From the IMG/VR virus record IMGVR_UViG_3300010371_000094, positions 1-28,745 of that record: a stretch of DNA of 28,745 nt; one strand, 5' to 3'. Made by a program: the position numbers and the translations under genes. Every line of letters begins with the position of its first letter. The first letter of the stretch is position 1. Of this stretch, positions 1 to 8,269 are shown piece after piece. Origin of the DNA: a virus. Lineage: Duplodnaviria > Caudoviricetes. Under the pieces are notes generated by a model, which did no database searches, was not told where the DNA came from, and was given only the letters and a program-made list of their open reading frames with translations.

Positions 1-1182
1 ATCCGCGAAGTGCAAAAAAGCTTGGACCTGTCGGTTCGGCAGTTGCTTGTTGACCGCATCAAGCATTACGGGCTTGAGGACGAGTTCCGTATCCTGCGCT
101 CGCATATCGAAACCCCCGGCGATGGGATCATTTCGTTTCAGGGGATGCAGGATAGCACGGCTACCGCTATCCGCTCGCTTGAAGGCTACGATATCGCATG
201 GGTCGAGGAAGCGCAGGATCTATCGCAGGATAGCCTCGATACGCTGCGCCCGACGATCCGCAAACCGAACAGCGAGCTTTGGTTTAGCTGGAACCCGCGG
301 CTTGAAAAGGACGCGGTTGATGTATTTTTCCGCGGTGCCGAAGGGGCCAAGGTTGAGCACCCGTACTACAAAGGCACCGCACCGAAGGATTCGACTATTG
401 TACGGGCCAACTGGTCCGACAACCCCTGGTTCGCCGATACTGCGCTCCAGGAGGAAATGGAATACGATAGGCGGCGTGACCCTGAAAAATACAAGCATAT
501 TTGGCTCGGTGAGTACCGCAAATACAGCGATTCCCGAGTGTTCTCGAACTGGTGTATCGAGGAATTCGATACGCCGGAGGATGCGCGGTTCTTTTTCGGG
601 GCGGATTGGGGTTTCGGCGACCCGAGCGTTTTGGTTCGCATGTGGGTGCACGGGCGCAACCTGTATATCGATTATGAAGCCTATCGCATCAACTGCCCGC
701 TCGATGAATTGCCGGCGCTGTTCGATAAGGTGCCCGGTTCGCGCAAATGGCCGATTCGTGCCGATAGCAGCCGTCCCGAAACAATCGATTTTATGAAAAA
801 GCGCGGCTTTACCAAAATGTCCTCTTCGGTCAAAGGCAAGGGTTCGGTTGAGGATGGGGTCGAATTTCTGAAGTCGTTCGATATCCATATTCACCCGCGC
901 TGCCGGCACACGGCGGATGAGTTCGCGCTCTATTCGTACAAGGTCAATAACCGGGTAAACCCGCCCGAGGTGTTGCCGGTTATCGAAGATAAACAGAACC
1001 ATTGTATCGACGCGGCGCGCTATGCGCTGGAGGGCGAACGGCTCGCCCCTAAGCGTATAGTAGTAACGCCGGAGGTTAAGCTCAAAGCTGCTAAACCCGG
1101 CGCCTACGCGTTGCGCCGCCCGAATATGTCACGTCGGCGTAACTTTATCGCAGGTCGTGTAGTTCAAAGGAGAGTGGTTTAG
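1..1182 (+). CDS. terL: Phage terminase large subunit, PBSX/Terminase_3 family (5'-partial)
   Basis: Frame open from base 1 (IREVQKSL...). Walker B-like SLEGYDIAWVEEAQ, coupling motif WFSWNP, RNase H-like nuclease GADWGFGDP, ADSSRPETI and NHCIDAARY. Confidence 0.96.
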   Translation: MREVQKSLDLSVRQLLVDRIKHYGLEDEFRILRSHIETPGDGIISFQGMQDSTATAIRSLEGYDIAWVEEAQDLSQDSLDTLRPTIRKPNSELWFSWNPRLEKDAVDVFFRGAEGAKVEHPYYKGTAPKDSTIVRANWSDNPWFADTALQEEMEYDRRRDPEKYKHIWLGEYRKYSDSRVFSNWCIEEFDTPEDARFFFGADWGFGDPSVLVRMWVHGRNLYIDYEAYRINCPLDELPALFDKVPGSRKWPIRADSSRPETIDFMKKRGFTKMSSSVKGKGSVEDGVEFLKSFDIHIHPRCRHTADEFALYSYKVNNRVNPPEVLPVIEDKQNHCIDAARYALEGERLAPKRIVVTPEVKLKAAKPGAYALRRPNMSRRRNFIAGRVVQRRVV

Positions 1183-1589
1183 TGGGTAGGTCAGTAGTGT
1201 TGCGTATACATTTCGGGGTCGACGAAATAACGGACGACGGCACCGTTCCCGTAGTAAAACAAACCAAGACTACTGTCGAAATACCGGTTGAGTGCCTGCG
1301 CAACTTTACCGCTTTGGCGGCGCGCAGCGATGAAGCAAACCCGGCTTTTAACGGCAAGACTCTACTTACGGCCGAGGAAGAGATGGAGGCGGTAAGGCGC
1401 CTTGTCACCCTGTACGCCGCACGCAAGCCGGTAGCCGATCTGGTGGTTCGCGCCTTTTTGAAGGCGGCGCAGTTCAGCCTTGAGGAGGTGCTTGCCCACC
1501 TATCGCATCGCGCCCCGCCGGAAACCGAGGATACGCGGCGCGAGGACCTGCACCGTTTCGTCGACAGTTTGGTTGAACGGCTCGCTTAA
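1182..1589 (+). CDS. Hypothetical protein (135 aa) between terminase and portal
   Basis: GTG overlaps the terminase TAG; AAGGAG about 10 nt upstream; fills the gap to the portal RBS. No recognised motif. Confidence 0.6.
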   Translation: MGRSVVLRIHFGVDEITDDGTVPVVKQTKTTVEIPVECLRNFTALAARSDEANPAFNGKTLLTAEEEMEAVRRLVTLYAARKPVADLVVRAFLKAAQFSLEEVLAHLSHRAPPETEDTRREDLHRFVDSLVERLA

Positions 1590-1620
1590 ACACTTTTTAG
1601 GAACCTCACAACAGGACCCT

Positions 1621-4600
1621 TTGGCGCACATCGTTCCGATACGCAAACCCGCCGGCAAGGCAGCCCCGAAGAAGGCTTCCTGGTTTCGCAGGATAGGTGC
1701 GTTCGCCCGGGCGCGGGCAAAGCATGTGCACCGCGCTTCGCCTATCGAGAACACGCGTCGGCTTTCCTATGCGAACGCCGCCCCGCTCCACCCGCCGATG
1801 GTAATGCCGCGGGCGAACGAAAAAGGGCTTGCCGGTATCGCGGCGGATGAGGCGGTTGCCGCGACGTGGGAATGGGCCGCAAATGCCGGCCCGTTCGCCG
1901 GGGCGTTTTCCGAAGGTGTGATATTTCTCGGCTACGCCTATCTCGCCGAACTGACACAACGCCCCGAGTATCGGCTCATTTCCGAAGTTATCGCCGAGGA
2001 AATGACCCGTGAATGGATCGAATTCAAGACTGCGTCCGGGAAAGACGATAAGAACGACAAGATCAAGAGACTCGAAAAGGCAATTCTCGGGTATAAGCTA
2101 AAGGATCTGTTCAAAACCGTTGCCGAATACGACGGTTATATGGGTCGTGCCCACCTGTTTGTTGATCTTGGCGACCCGGAAACCGGCGAATCCTACGAAA
2201 CGGATTCGGATGAGTTGCTGACGTCTATCGGCAACGGGCGCAACAAGAAATCGCAAAGCAAAGTCGGCAAAAACAGCCTTATCGCCTTTCGCCATGTTGA
2301 AGCGATGTGGGTTTATCCCACCCGTTACGGGTCGTTCGACCCGTTGGCCGCCGATTGGTACAACCCGACGACTTGGCTTGTCGTCGGTCGTGAAGTGCAC
2401 TGTACCCGGTTGCTAACCTTTGTCGGGCGCCCGGTGCCGGATATGCTAAAGCCGGCCTATTCGTTCGGCGGGCTTTCTTCTTCGCAGATGGCAAAGCCGT
2501 ACGTTGACAACTGGTTGCGTACCCGCCAATCGGTTTCCGACCTTATCACGAATTTCTCGGTTCCGGTGCTGATGACGCTGCTCGGCACATCGATCCAGGA
2601 AGGCGGCGAGGAGCTGTTCGATAGGCTCGGGTTGTTTAACGATCTGCGCGATAACCAGGGGGTTATGGCGCTCGATAAGGAAACGGAAGATTTCAAGAAT
2701 GTCTCCGCCCCGCTCGGTACGCTTGATACCCTGCAAGCGCAGACGCAGGAACACTTGTTCTCGGTCAGTCGTATCCCGGCGGTAAAGTTCACCGGCATTC
2801 AGCCGCACGGGTTGAATGCGAGTTCCGAGGGTGAAATCCGTTCGTTTTACGATACGATAGCGGCACGGCAGATTCGGGTATTGAGCACCCATCTGCAAAC
2901 CTGCATCGACTTTATCCAATTAAGCCTGTGGGGCGAAGTCGATGAAGATATCGTATGGGAATGGAAGCCGCTTTGGCAACAGGATGAAGCCGGTGAATCG
3001 GCTATCGAGAAGACCAAAGCCGATATCGACGACGCCTATCTGGCCGCCGGGGTTATCAAACCGGTCGAAGTGCGCACCCGGCTTGCGGAGGACCCGAAGA
3101 GTATCTACCGCGGTTTGAGCCTCGACCCCGAAGACCTGCCGGAACAGCCTGATATGGGCATGGGTATGCCCGGCGAAGGCGGTGAGGAAGAGGGCGGGCT
3201 GCCGCCGCCGAAGGACAAGGGCAACCGCCTTGCGTCGAGCATAGTCGGTAAGGCGGCCGAATTCGGCGGGCCGGATACCGGCGGGTACCCGGCGCACGAC
3301 GAGACAATTATCGAGTGCGACGGCTGGTTCGCTGATGCTTTTGACGATGCCGAGTTCGAGGCGCAACACCCACGCGCCCCGGATGGCAAGTTCGGCGAAG
3401 TCGGAAAAATGGGTTTTGTCGAACCCAAAGACCAAAAGACACATCCAAAGCATGCCGTAAGCAGTGTGCTCAAGGCTTATGGCTATAAGCCATCGGGCCA
3501 ACAGAACGGTGTGCATTTGTTCGAGCATGAAAACGGGCATAAAGTGCATATCGGTGCCGCTACTACCGGTCAAGGCGGTGAACTCGGCCTTACCGGCTTT
3601 CACGCAAACGGGGTAAAGGGCCAGGGTGCCGGCAAGCTCGCCAAGCACCTTGAGCAGTTGCACGGGGCCGCCCCGAACCCGCCGCCCGGTAAGAAAAAGG
3701 CTGAAGCCGTAAACGGGCCGGTCAGTCTGCCCCTTGGTGCAAAGGTTGACAGCAATTTTGATCCGGTAATGTCCTCTAAAGATTACGATAAGTTGTCCGA
3801 TGCGCTATCGAGTGCTTCAGTTGAAAGCCCACCCGGTGAAGTGATTGAGGGAGGCGAATTCGGTATCGGCAAAACTGCCGGCACTATTCTTGAAACTGAT
3901 TTAACCGGTAAGTGGTCGATTAACGACCCCGATGGTAAGAAAAAGGCTTCCGGGTCTACCTGGGCTTCGCTGTATAACCATATTACGGAAAACAAGGAGA
4001 TCGAGGAAAAGCTTGCTGCGGCCGAACACAAATTCGGGCTAACAGAGAGCAAACCGTTTGCCGTTCCCGGTCATATCGCAAAGCAAATTAAGCCAGAAAC
4101 AAAACAGATCGGTAAAGCCAATTTAGGCTATCCGCCGTCAATGCAGCCGGGCACATCAGTCCATCTGAAAACTGGTGAAATATTGATTATGTCATCTTCT
4201 ACAGGTGACTGGGAGCTTATGAAGGGTGGCGAAGTTATTGCACAAGGTACTGGTAAAGAAGAGCTAAACGCCGAGTTTGAATTACTTCATCCGCGCGATG
4301 CTTCGGGCAAGTTTGTCGCAAAGGAGAATCTTTCTATAAAAGATAAAGGCTGGAAATATAATAATTATGAATCTGACGGCCCGTCACACTGGTATGACGC
4401 ACCCGATGGTAAAATTCTGCTTGTTAATAAAGAGAAAGGTACATGGGAATTATTTCCCGATAAGCATAGTAGCTCTACTGAGAACGGTAATTTAGGAAAC
4501 GTGCCGGATGCGCAAGGCGTCGCAACACCAAAAGCTATTGAGCATCCTGATTTAGCGATGCAGGATGTACTTAATCAAATACCTGGTCTGGAATTTACCG

Positions 4601-6057
4601 GTATGAACGGTAATATTATGAATTTTAAGCTTCCCAACGGCGGACAACTTGGGGTATTGAAAACTAACAATTCCGCTTCTTGGTCATTCAAGCCGCAGGG
4701 TGGTCAGTATAAAGTAGGGACAGGCGCGCATAGTCTCAAACAAAAGCTAGCTACTGCCGGCACACCCGCCGCGTCCCAACCCGCTGTAGTAACGCAACCG
4801 GCTGTCGGCAATATTTTAGACTTCGCCGGGATGAAAAAGATCGGTGGGCAGCTCGGCAGCAACCCCGGCGGGCAGTATGAGGATAACGAGGGGAACAAGT
4901 TTTATATCAAGCAACCGGCCGATAACGACCATACGAAAAACGAGTTGCTTGCCGCGGCACTGTTCGGTGCGGCCGGCGGCAACACGCTCAAGTATCATCA
5001 GGTCGTTGATGGTAGCAAGCTGTATGTTGGTACCGATTGGCAGAATTTGAAAGCGAGCAATGTTAGTCAACTGACTTCGGCGCAGAGAGCAGAAGCCCGC
5101 AAGGACTTTGCGCTCAACGCCTGGCTTGCCAACTGGGATGTCGCCGGAACCGGCGGCGACAATATCGGTGTTACCGACGACGGAAAGGTTGTACCGCTCG
5201 ACTTTGGCGGGTCGCTTTTGTACCGCGCCAAAGGCGCCCCGAAAGGCGGTGCTTTCGGTTCTTCGGTTAACGAATGGAATAGTCTGCGCGATCCGAGCGT
5301 GAACAAGGATACCGCAGCGTTGTACGCCGATATGACCGAATCGGAGTTAAAGGAATCTGCCGCGCGGGTTGCCGGTATCAGCGACGACAAAATCCGCGAG
5401 ATGGTGCAGCAATACGGGCCGGGCGATGTGCAGGCCCGGCAGGCGCTGGCTAATAAGTTGATCGCCCGCAAACAGGATGTTTCGAAGCAGGCCAGTACCA
5501 GCGGCGAGCCAAAACCGAAGAGCCCGGATGAGTTGCGTCGGCATATTGCTACCTGGAATCCGGATGGTAAGCCTGCAAGCTCAATTACAAATTACAAAGG
5601 CAACGACTATAAAGAGATGAATGCGCTTATGCGTTATTCGTTGCTGGAAGACCAAGACGACTCGATGGCGGCAGATGATATCCGCAAGATTAGAAACTGG
5701 CTCAATAAAGCATCGTCAAAGGAACCGTTGACTCTTTATCGGGGCTATAAATCGAATATATTAAAAGAGTATAGCAACTTCGCTAGGCCTGGTCGGGTTT
5801 TGCATGATTATGGCTTTATGTCAATGTCTACCAGTAAGTCATTTTCCGATAATTGGCACGGCGGCACCGGGTTTACCATAAAGATCGATGTTCCGGTAGG
5901 ATCAAAAATTGGAACTATACGGGATAAAAATCAGGATGACGGTGAGTACGAGGTGCTTGCGCAACACGGGTATGTTGTGCGTATAACTAAATGGGACTCT
6001 CAAAATAAGATTTATGAGGGTACCTTGGAAAAGATCGTAGAGAAAGAGTCGTTCTGA
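1621..6057 (+). CDS. Portal protein (DUF1073-type) fused to a C-terminal kinase-like + ADP-ribosyltransferase payload (~1478 aa)
   Basis: Start reassigned to TTG 1621 (AGGA upstream; avoids a 110-nt overlap). Portal motifs FLGYAYLAELTQRPEYR, KPAYSFGGLS, YVDNWLRTRQSVSDL, GLNASSEGEIR, WKPLWQ to ~3150. Kinase-like domain ~4831-5480; ART ~5580-6054. Confidence 0.92.
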   Translation: MAHIVPIRKPAGKAAPKKASWFRRIGAFARARAKHVHRASPIENTRRLSYANAAPLHPPMVMPRANEKGLAGIAADEAVAATWEWAANAGPFAGAFSEGVIFLGYAYLAELTQRPEYRLISEVIAEEMTREWIEFKTASGKDDKNDKIKRLEKAILGYKLKDLFKTVAEYDGYMGRAHLFVDLGDPETGESYETDSDELLTSIGNGRNKKSQSKVGKNSLIAFRHVEAMWVYPTRYGSFDPLAADWYNPTTWLVVGREVHCTRLLTFVGRPVPDMLKPAYSFGGLSSSQMAKPYVDNWLRTRQSVSDLITNFSVPVLMTLLGTSIQEGGEELFDRLGLFNDLRDNQGVMALDKETEDFKNVSAPLGTLDTLQAQTQEHLFSVSRIPAVKFTGIQPHGLNASSEGEIRSFYDTIAARQIRVLSTHLQTCIDFIQLSLWGEVDEDIVWEWKPLWQQDEAGESAIEKTKADIDDAYLAAGVIKPVEVRTRLAEDPKSIYRGLSLDPEDLPEQPDMGMGMPGEGGEEEGGLPPPKDKGNRLASSIVGKAAEFGGPDTGGYPAHDETIIECDGWFADAFDDAEFEAQHPRAPDGKFGEVGKMGFVEPKDQKTHPKHAVSSVLKAYGYKPSGQQNGVHLFEHENGHKVHIGAATTGQGGELGLTGFHANGVKGQGAGKLAKHLEQLHGAAPNPPPGKKKAEAVNGPVSLPLGAKVDSNFDPVMSSKDYDKLSDALSSASVESPPGEVIEGGEFGIGKTAGTILETDLTGKWSINDPDGKKKASGSTWASLYNHITENKEIEEKLAAAEHKFGLTESKPFAVPGHIAKQIKPETKQIGKANLGYPPSMQPGTSVHLKTGEILIMSSSTGDWELMKGGEVIAQGTGKEELNAEFELLHPRDASGKFVAKENLSIKDKGWKYNNYESDGPSHWYDAPDGKILLVNKEKGTWELFPDKHSSSTENGNLGNVPDAQGVATPKAIEHPDLAMQDVLNQIPGLEFTGMNGNIMNFKLPNGGQLGVLKTNNSASWSFKPQGGQYKVGTGAHSLKQKLATAGTPAASQPAVVTQPAVGNILDFAGMKKIGGQLGSNPGGQYEDNEGNKFYIKQPADNDHTKNELLAAALFGAAGGNTLKYHQVVDGSKLYVGTDWQNLKASNVSQLTSAQRAEARKDFALNAWLANWDVAGTGGDNIGVTDDGKVVPLDFGGSLLYRAKGAPKGGAFGSSVNEWNSLRDPSVNKDTAALYADMTESELKESAARVAGISDDKIREMVQQYGPGDVQARQALANKLIARKQDVSKQASTSGEPKPKSPDELRRHIATWNPDGKPASSITNYKGNDYKEMNALMRYSLLEDQDDSMAADDIRKIRNWLNKASSKEPLTLYRGYKSNILKEYSNFARPGRVLHDYGFMSMSTSKSFSDNWHGGTGFTIKIDVPVGSKIGTIRDKNQDDGEYEVLAQHGYVVRITKWDSQNKIYEGTLEKIVEKESF

Positions 6058-6281
6058 TGACAGAGTTCAATTTCGGCACCGGACCGGGGCAGCAAACATT
6101 TCAGGATGATGACGGGCAATGGGTGCGTATCGGCGCTGTACCGGAAGAGGTAAAGGCCGAATTGAAGCGCATCGGCAAGCCGCTTCTTGAAATGCCGGAA
6201 TTACGCGACGACGGGATCATTTATTATCCCGATGGCAGCACAAAAGTCTTTGTCGATACTCCTTCTGACGAGAAAGGTTAA
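6057..6281 (+). CDS. Small acidic protein (74 aa), candidate immunity/partner of the ART domain
   Basis: TGATG stop/start overlap with the portal fusion; acidic composition. Function inferred only from position. Confidence 0.7.
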   Translation: MTEFNFGTGPGQQTFQDDDGQWVRIGAVPEEVKAELKRIGKPLLEMPELRDDGIIYYPDGSTKVFVDTPSDEKG

Positions 6282-6285
6282 TTAA

Positions 6286-6489
6286 ATGGATACGCCGTGG
6301 GGTTCACGCACAGACCGCGCCGCTCGCCGCCGTATGGATTCCGGGGTATCGCAGGGTATCGCGAACGCCTTGAGTCGGATCGATGATAGTGCCGCCCGCG
6401 AGCGGTTTATCCGTGAGCTTGCCCGCGAATTCCCGTTGACTATCTTTTCGGCTACACCCTCCGGCGCTGTACGCGTCGATCCAATTTAA
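6286..6489 (+). CDS. Hypothetical protein (67 aa)
   Basis: ATG with AAAGGT upstream; tightly packed in the operon. Confidence 0.6.
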   Translation: MDTPWGSRTDRAARRRMDSGVSQGIANALSRIDDSAARERFIRELAREFPLTIFSATPSGAVRVDPI

Positions 6490-6495
6490 GGAACC

Positions 6496-6876
6496 GTGAT
6501 GTACCGAGCCCTTGTTGCCTGTTGCGCGGCGGCGGCCCTGTTTGTGCCGGCGGCTTTTGCGCAAACGCAGTCCACACCGCGGGCTTGCGCCGTAACTATC
6601 GTTTCGGTCGGCGGTACGCAGGTGTCGATGATTACCGGCCCGTATAACGGGTGTCACGTCTACAACGGGCTTACTGCTACGGACCAGGGTGGGATCGGTG
6701 CGGCCGAACCGGCTTATGTAAACCCGATCGGCGCCGCTACGTTGACCGGCAATACCACAACTGAGGCTATCGCCCCGGGCGGTGTCTGGAATTGCCCGGT
6801 ACCGAGTTCCGGTACCAACCCGGTTTCGCTCAACGCTACGACCACCAACCACAAGGTTACCTGCACCCGCTGGTAG
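6496..6876 (+). CDS. Putative secreted/periplasmic beta-rich protein with signal peptide (126 aa)
   Basis: AAGGA RBS; MMYRALVACCAAAALFVPAAFA|QTQ has a basic residue, hydrophobic core and A-x-A site; four Cys in the mature part. Confidence 0.75.
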   Translation: MMYRALVACCAAAALFVPAAFAQTQSTPRACAVTIVSVGGTQVSMITGPYNGCHVYNGLTATDQGGIGAAEPAYVNPIGAATLTGNTTTEAIAPGGVWNCPVPSSGTNPVSLNATTTNHKVTCTRW

Positions 6877-6888
6877 GAGTAAACGGTT

Positions 6889-7059
6889 GTGCTTGGCTTG
6901 ATCCTTATTGTCTTCCTTGTGTTGATCCTGTTTGGCGGCGGTATCGGGTACGGGCCGCGCGCCCCGGGCCATTACTGGGGTTATGGGTATTACGGCGGCG
7001 GCGGGATCGGTTTGGTCTTGCTTGTCGTGATCGTACTTCTGGTAATCGGTATCCTGTAA
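6889..7059 (+). CDS. Small membrane protein, DUF3309-like (56 aa; not in ORF track)
   Basis: AGGAG RBS, GTG 6889; MLGLILIVFLVLILFGGGIGYGPRAPGHYWGYGYYGGGGIGLVLLVVIVLLVIGIL: two hydrophobic helices around a WGYG..GG loop. Confidence 0.8.
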   Translation: MLGLILIVFLVLILFGGGIGYGPRAPGHYWGYGYYGGGGIGLVLLVVIVLLVIGIL

Positions 7060-7172
7060 TGATGACCCTTACCGGCTATTCGCTTGCGGTTTGGTTCTGC
7101 ATCGGCTTTTTTGCCGGTCTAGGCTGGGCTATCGCGAATGTCCTTGTTTCGCGGCTCGCCGCGCGGTTCTAA
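7059..7172 (+). CDS. Small hydrophobic peptide (37 aa)
   Basis: TAATG coupling; MMTLTGYSLAVWFCIGFFAGLGWAIANVLVSRLAARF, one TM-like segment. Confidence 0.6.
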   Translation: MMTLTGYSLAVWFCIGFFAGLGWAIANVLVSRLAARF

Positions 7173-7176
7173 GGTT

Positions 7177-7494
7177 ATGGCCCTGGCAAAGACCTTTACC
7201 GAAGCGGATGACGATTTGATGCGGATTGCCTATGGCCGCTTGGCGATCCGGCAATTGATGAAGCACTTTCGCTGCACCTATAAAACGATTGATGCACGAG
7301 CGGTTGAGCTTGGCTTGCCGCCGCGCATACACTACCTGCGCCGCGGGTTACCGGTTGCGGTTCCTGTCGAGCCGAAACTGGTTCCGGCTGCCCCGCTGCG
7401 CCCGCTTGTCCGCGAAAAGGTGCTGCCGTTTTCGATCCGCGAACCAAGTATCATCAAACTTCCGACCCTTGCGCAGTTGATGGCAGGCCGTTAG
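7177..7494 (+). CDS. Putative HTH DNA-binding protein (GcrA-N/Myb-like N-terminus, 105 aa)
   Basis: ATG 7177 after AAGGT; FTEADDDLMR...IRQLMKHFRCTYKTIDARAVELGL resembles the GcrA-type N-terminal HTH pattern; Pro-rich tail. Confidence 0.55.
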   Translation: MALAKTFTEADDDLMRIAYGRLAIRQLMKHFRCTYKTIDARAVELGLPPRIHYLRRGLPVAVPVEPKLVPAAPLRPLVREKVLPFSIREPSIIKLPTLAQLMAGR

Positions 7495-8027
7495 TGGTTG
7501 TTGCTTATCGGCTCGGGGCGATGCATACCCGGTTCCGCGCGCTGTTGCCGCCGATGTTTGGTGCTTTGCTGAAACGCTACCCGCAAGCCCCGTTAAAGGA
7601 AGTCGGCACATTCGCCCCGAAGGGTTCAGACCGTTCGATGGGGCATGCGTTGATATCTGATGGTACAATCAAGTTTAACCTGTACTGGTTTGCGCAGGAC
7701 CCGGCGGTGCTGGCCGCTGCGGCGCGCACCCGCCCCGATATGCCGCTCGGCAACGACACAAGCCTCGCCTTTCACGGTGCGATGGTCGACGAACCGTTGC
7801 ATGTCGTAACGCATGAATTCGGGCATTGCTTGGCCGTTGCCCATAAAGGCGCTGAGGCGCTTTCCCGCCAATGGTGGCGGGAAGCGTGTTTGAACCCCGG
7901 GCTCGCTCCGGCGGCCTATGCGCTGGTAAACCCGATTGAGTACTGGGCTGAGCTGTTTGCCGCTTTTGAATTGCAGGCTCATATCGGGCCGCACATTGAT
8001 GAGATGAGGGTGTTCCTCGGTAAATGA
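7494..8027 (+). CDS. Putative zincin-like metallopeptidase
   Basis: HExxH in VVTHEFGHCL plus downstream YALVNPIEYWAELF (third-ligand Glu pattern). Start could be ATG 7521. Confidence 0.75.
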   Translation: MVVAYRLGAMHTRFRALLPPMFGALLKRYPQAPLKEVGTFAPKGSDRSMGHALISDGTIKFNLYWFAQDPAVLAAAARTRPDMPLGNDTSLAFHGAMVDEPLHVVTHEFGHCLAVAHKGAEALSRQWWREACLNPGLAPAAYALVNPIEYWAELFAAFELQAHIGPHIDEMRVFLGK

Positions 8028-8269
8028 ACCACGGGCTACCACAGGGCCGTACAACGCCGATAAGCTTGCCCGCACCCGAACCCGCGCGCGTGCACAAGCT
8101 TATCGTGGCGGTGCCCATGTCCGACGTGGAACGGTTTCTAGCGCGGGGGTACCGGGCGGTGCGTTCGGATGGGCACCATGTTACGATCTTTCGCCTGTTC
8201 GATAGCGAACTGAGCGCGATGCGGGTAGCCCGCGCGCTGCCGTTCCCGTGTTCGGTTGAGGAAGCTTGA
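8024..8269 (+). CDS. Hypothetical protein (81 aa)
   Basis: ATGA overlap upstream and TTGA overlap downstream. Confidence 0.55.
   Translation: MNHGLPQGRTTPISLPAPEPARVHKLIVAVPMSDVERFLARGYRAVRSDGHHVTIFRLFDSELSAMRVARALPFPCSVEEA

Noticed and set aside
1480-1620. Tracked portal start at 1480
   Set aside because: Overlaps the upstream gene by 110 nt with no clear RBS; TTG 1621 has AGGA and fits the gene spacing.
1621-3150. Calling the DUF1073 region an anti-CBASS Acb1 nuclease
   Set aside because: That label derives from fusions with a 2H phosphodiesterase; I see no paired HxT/S 2H domain here. The region is the portal.
6792-7172. Tracked 126-aa ORF
   Set aside because: Overlaps two better genes; only the last 37 codons (from ATG 7059) look real.
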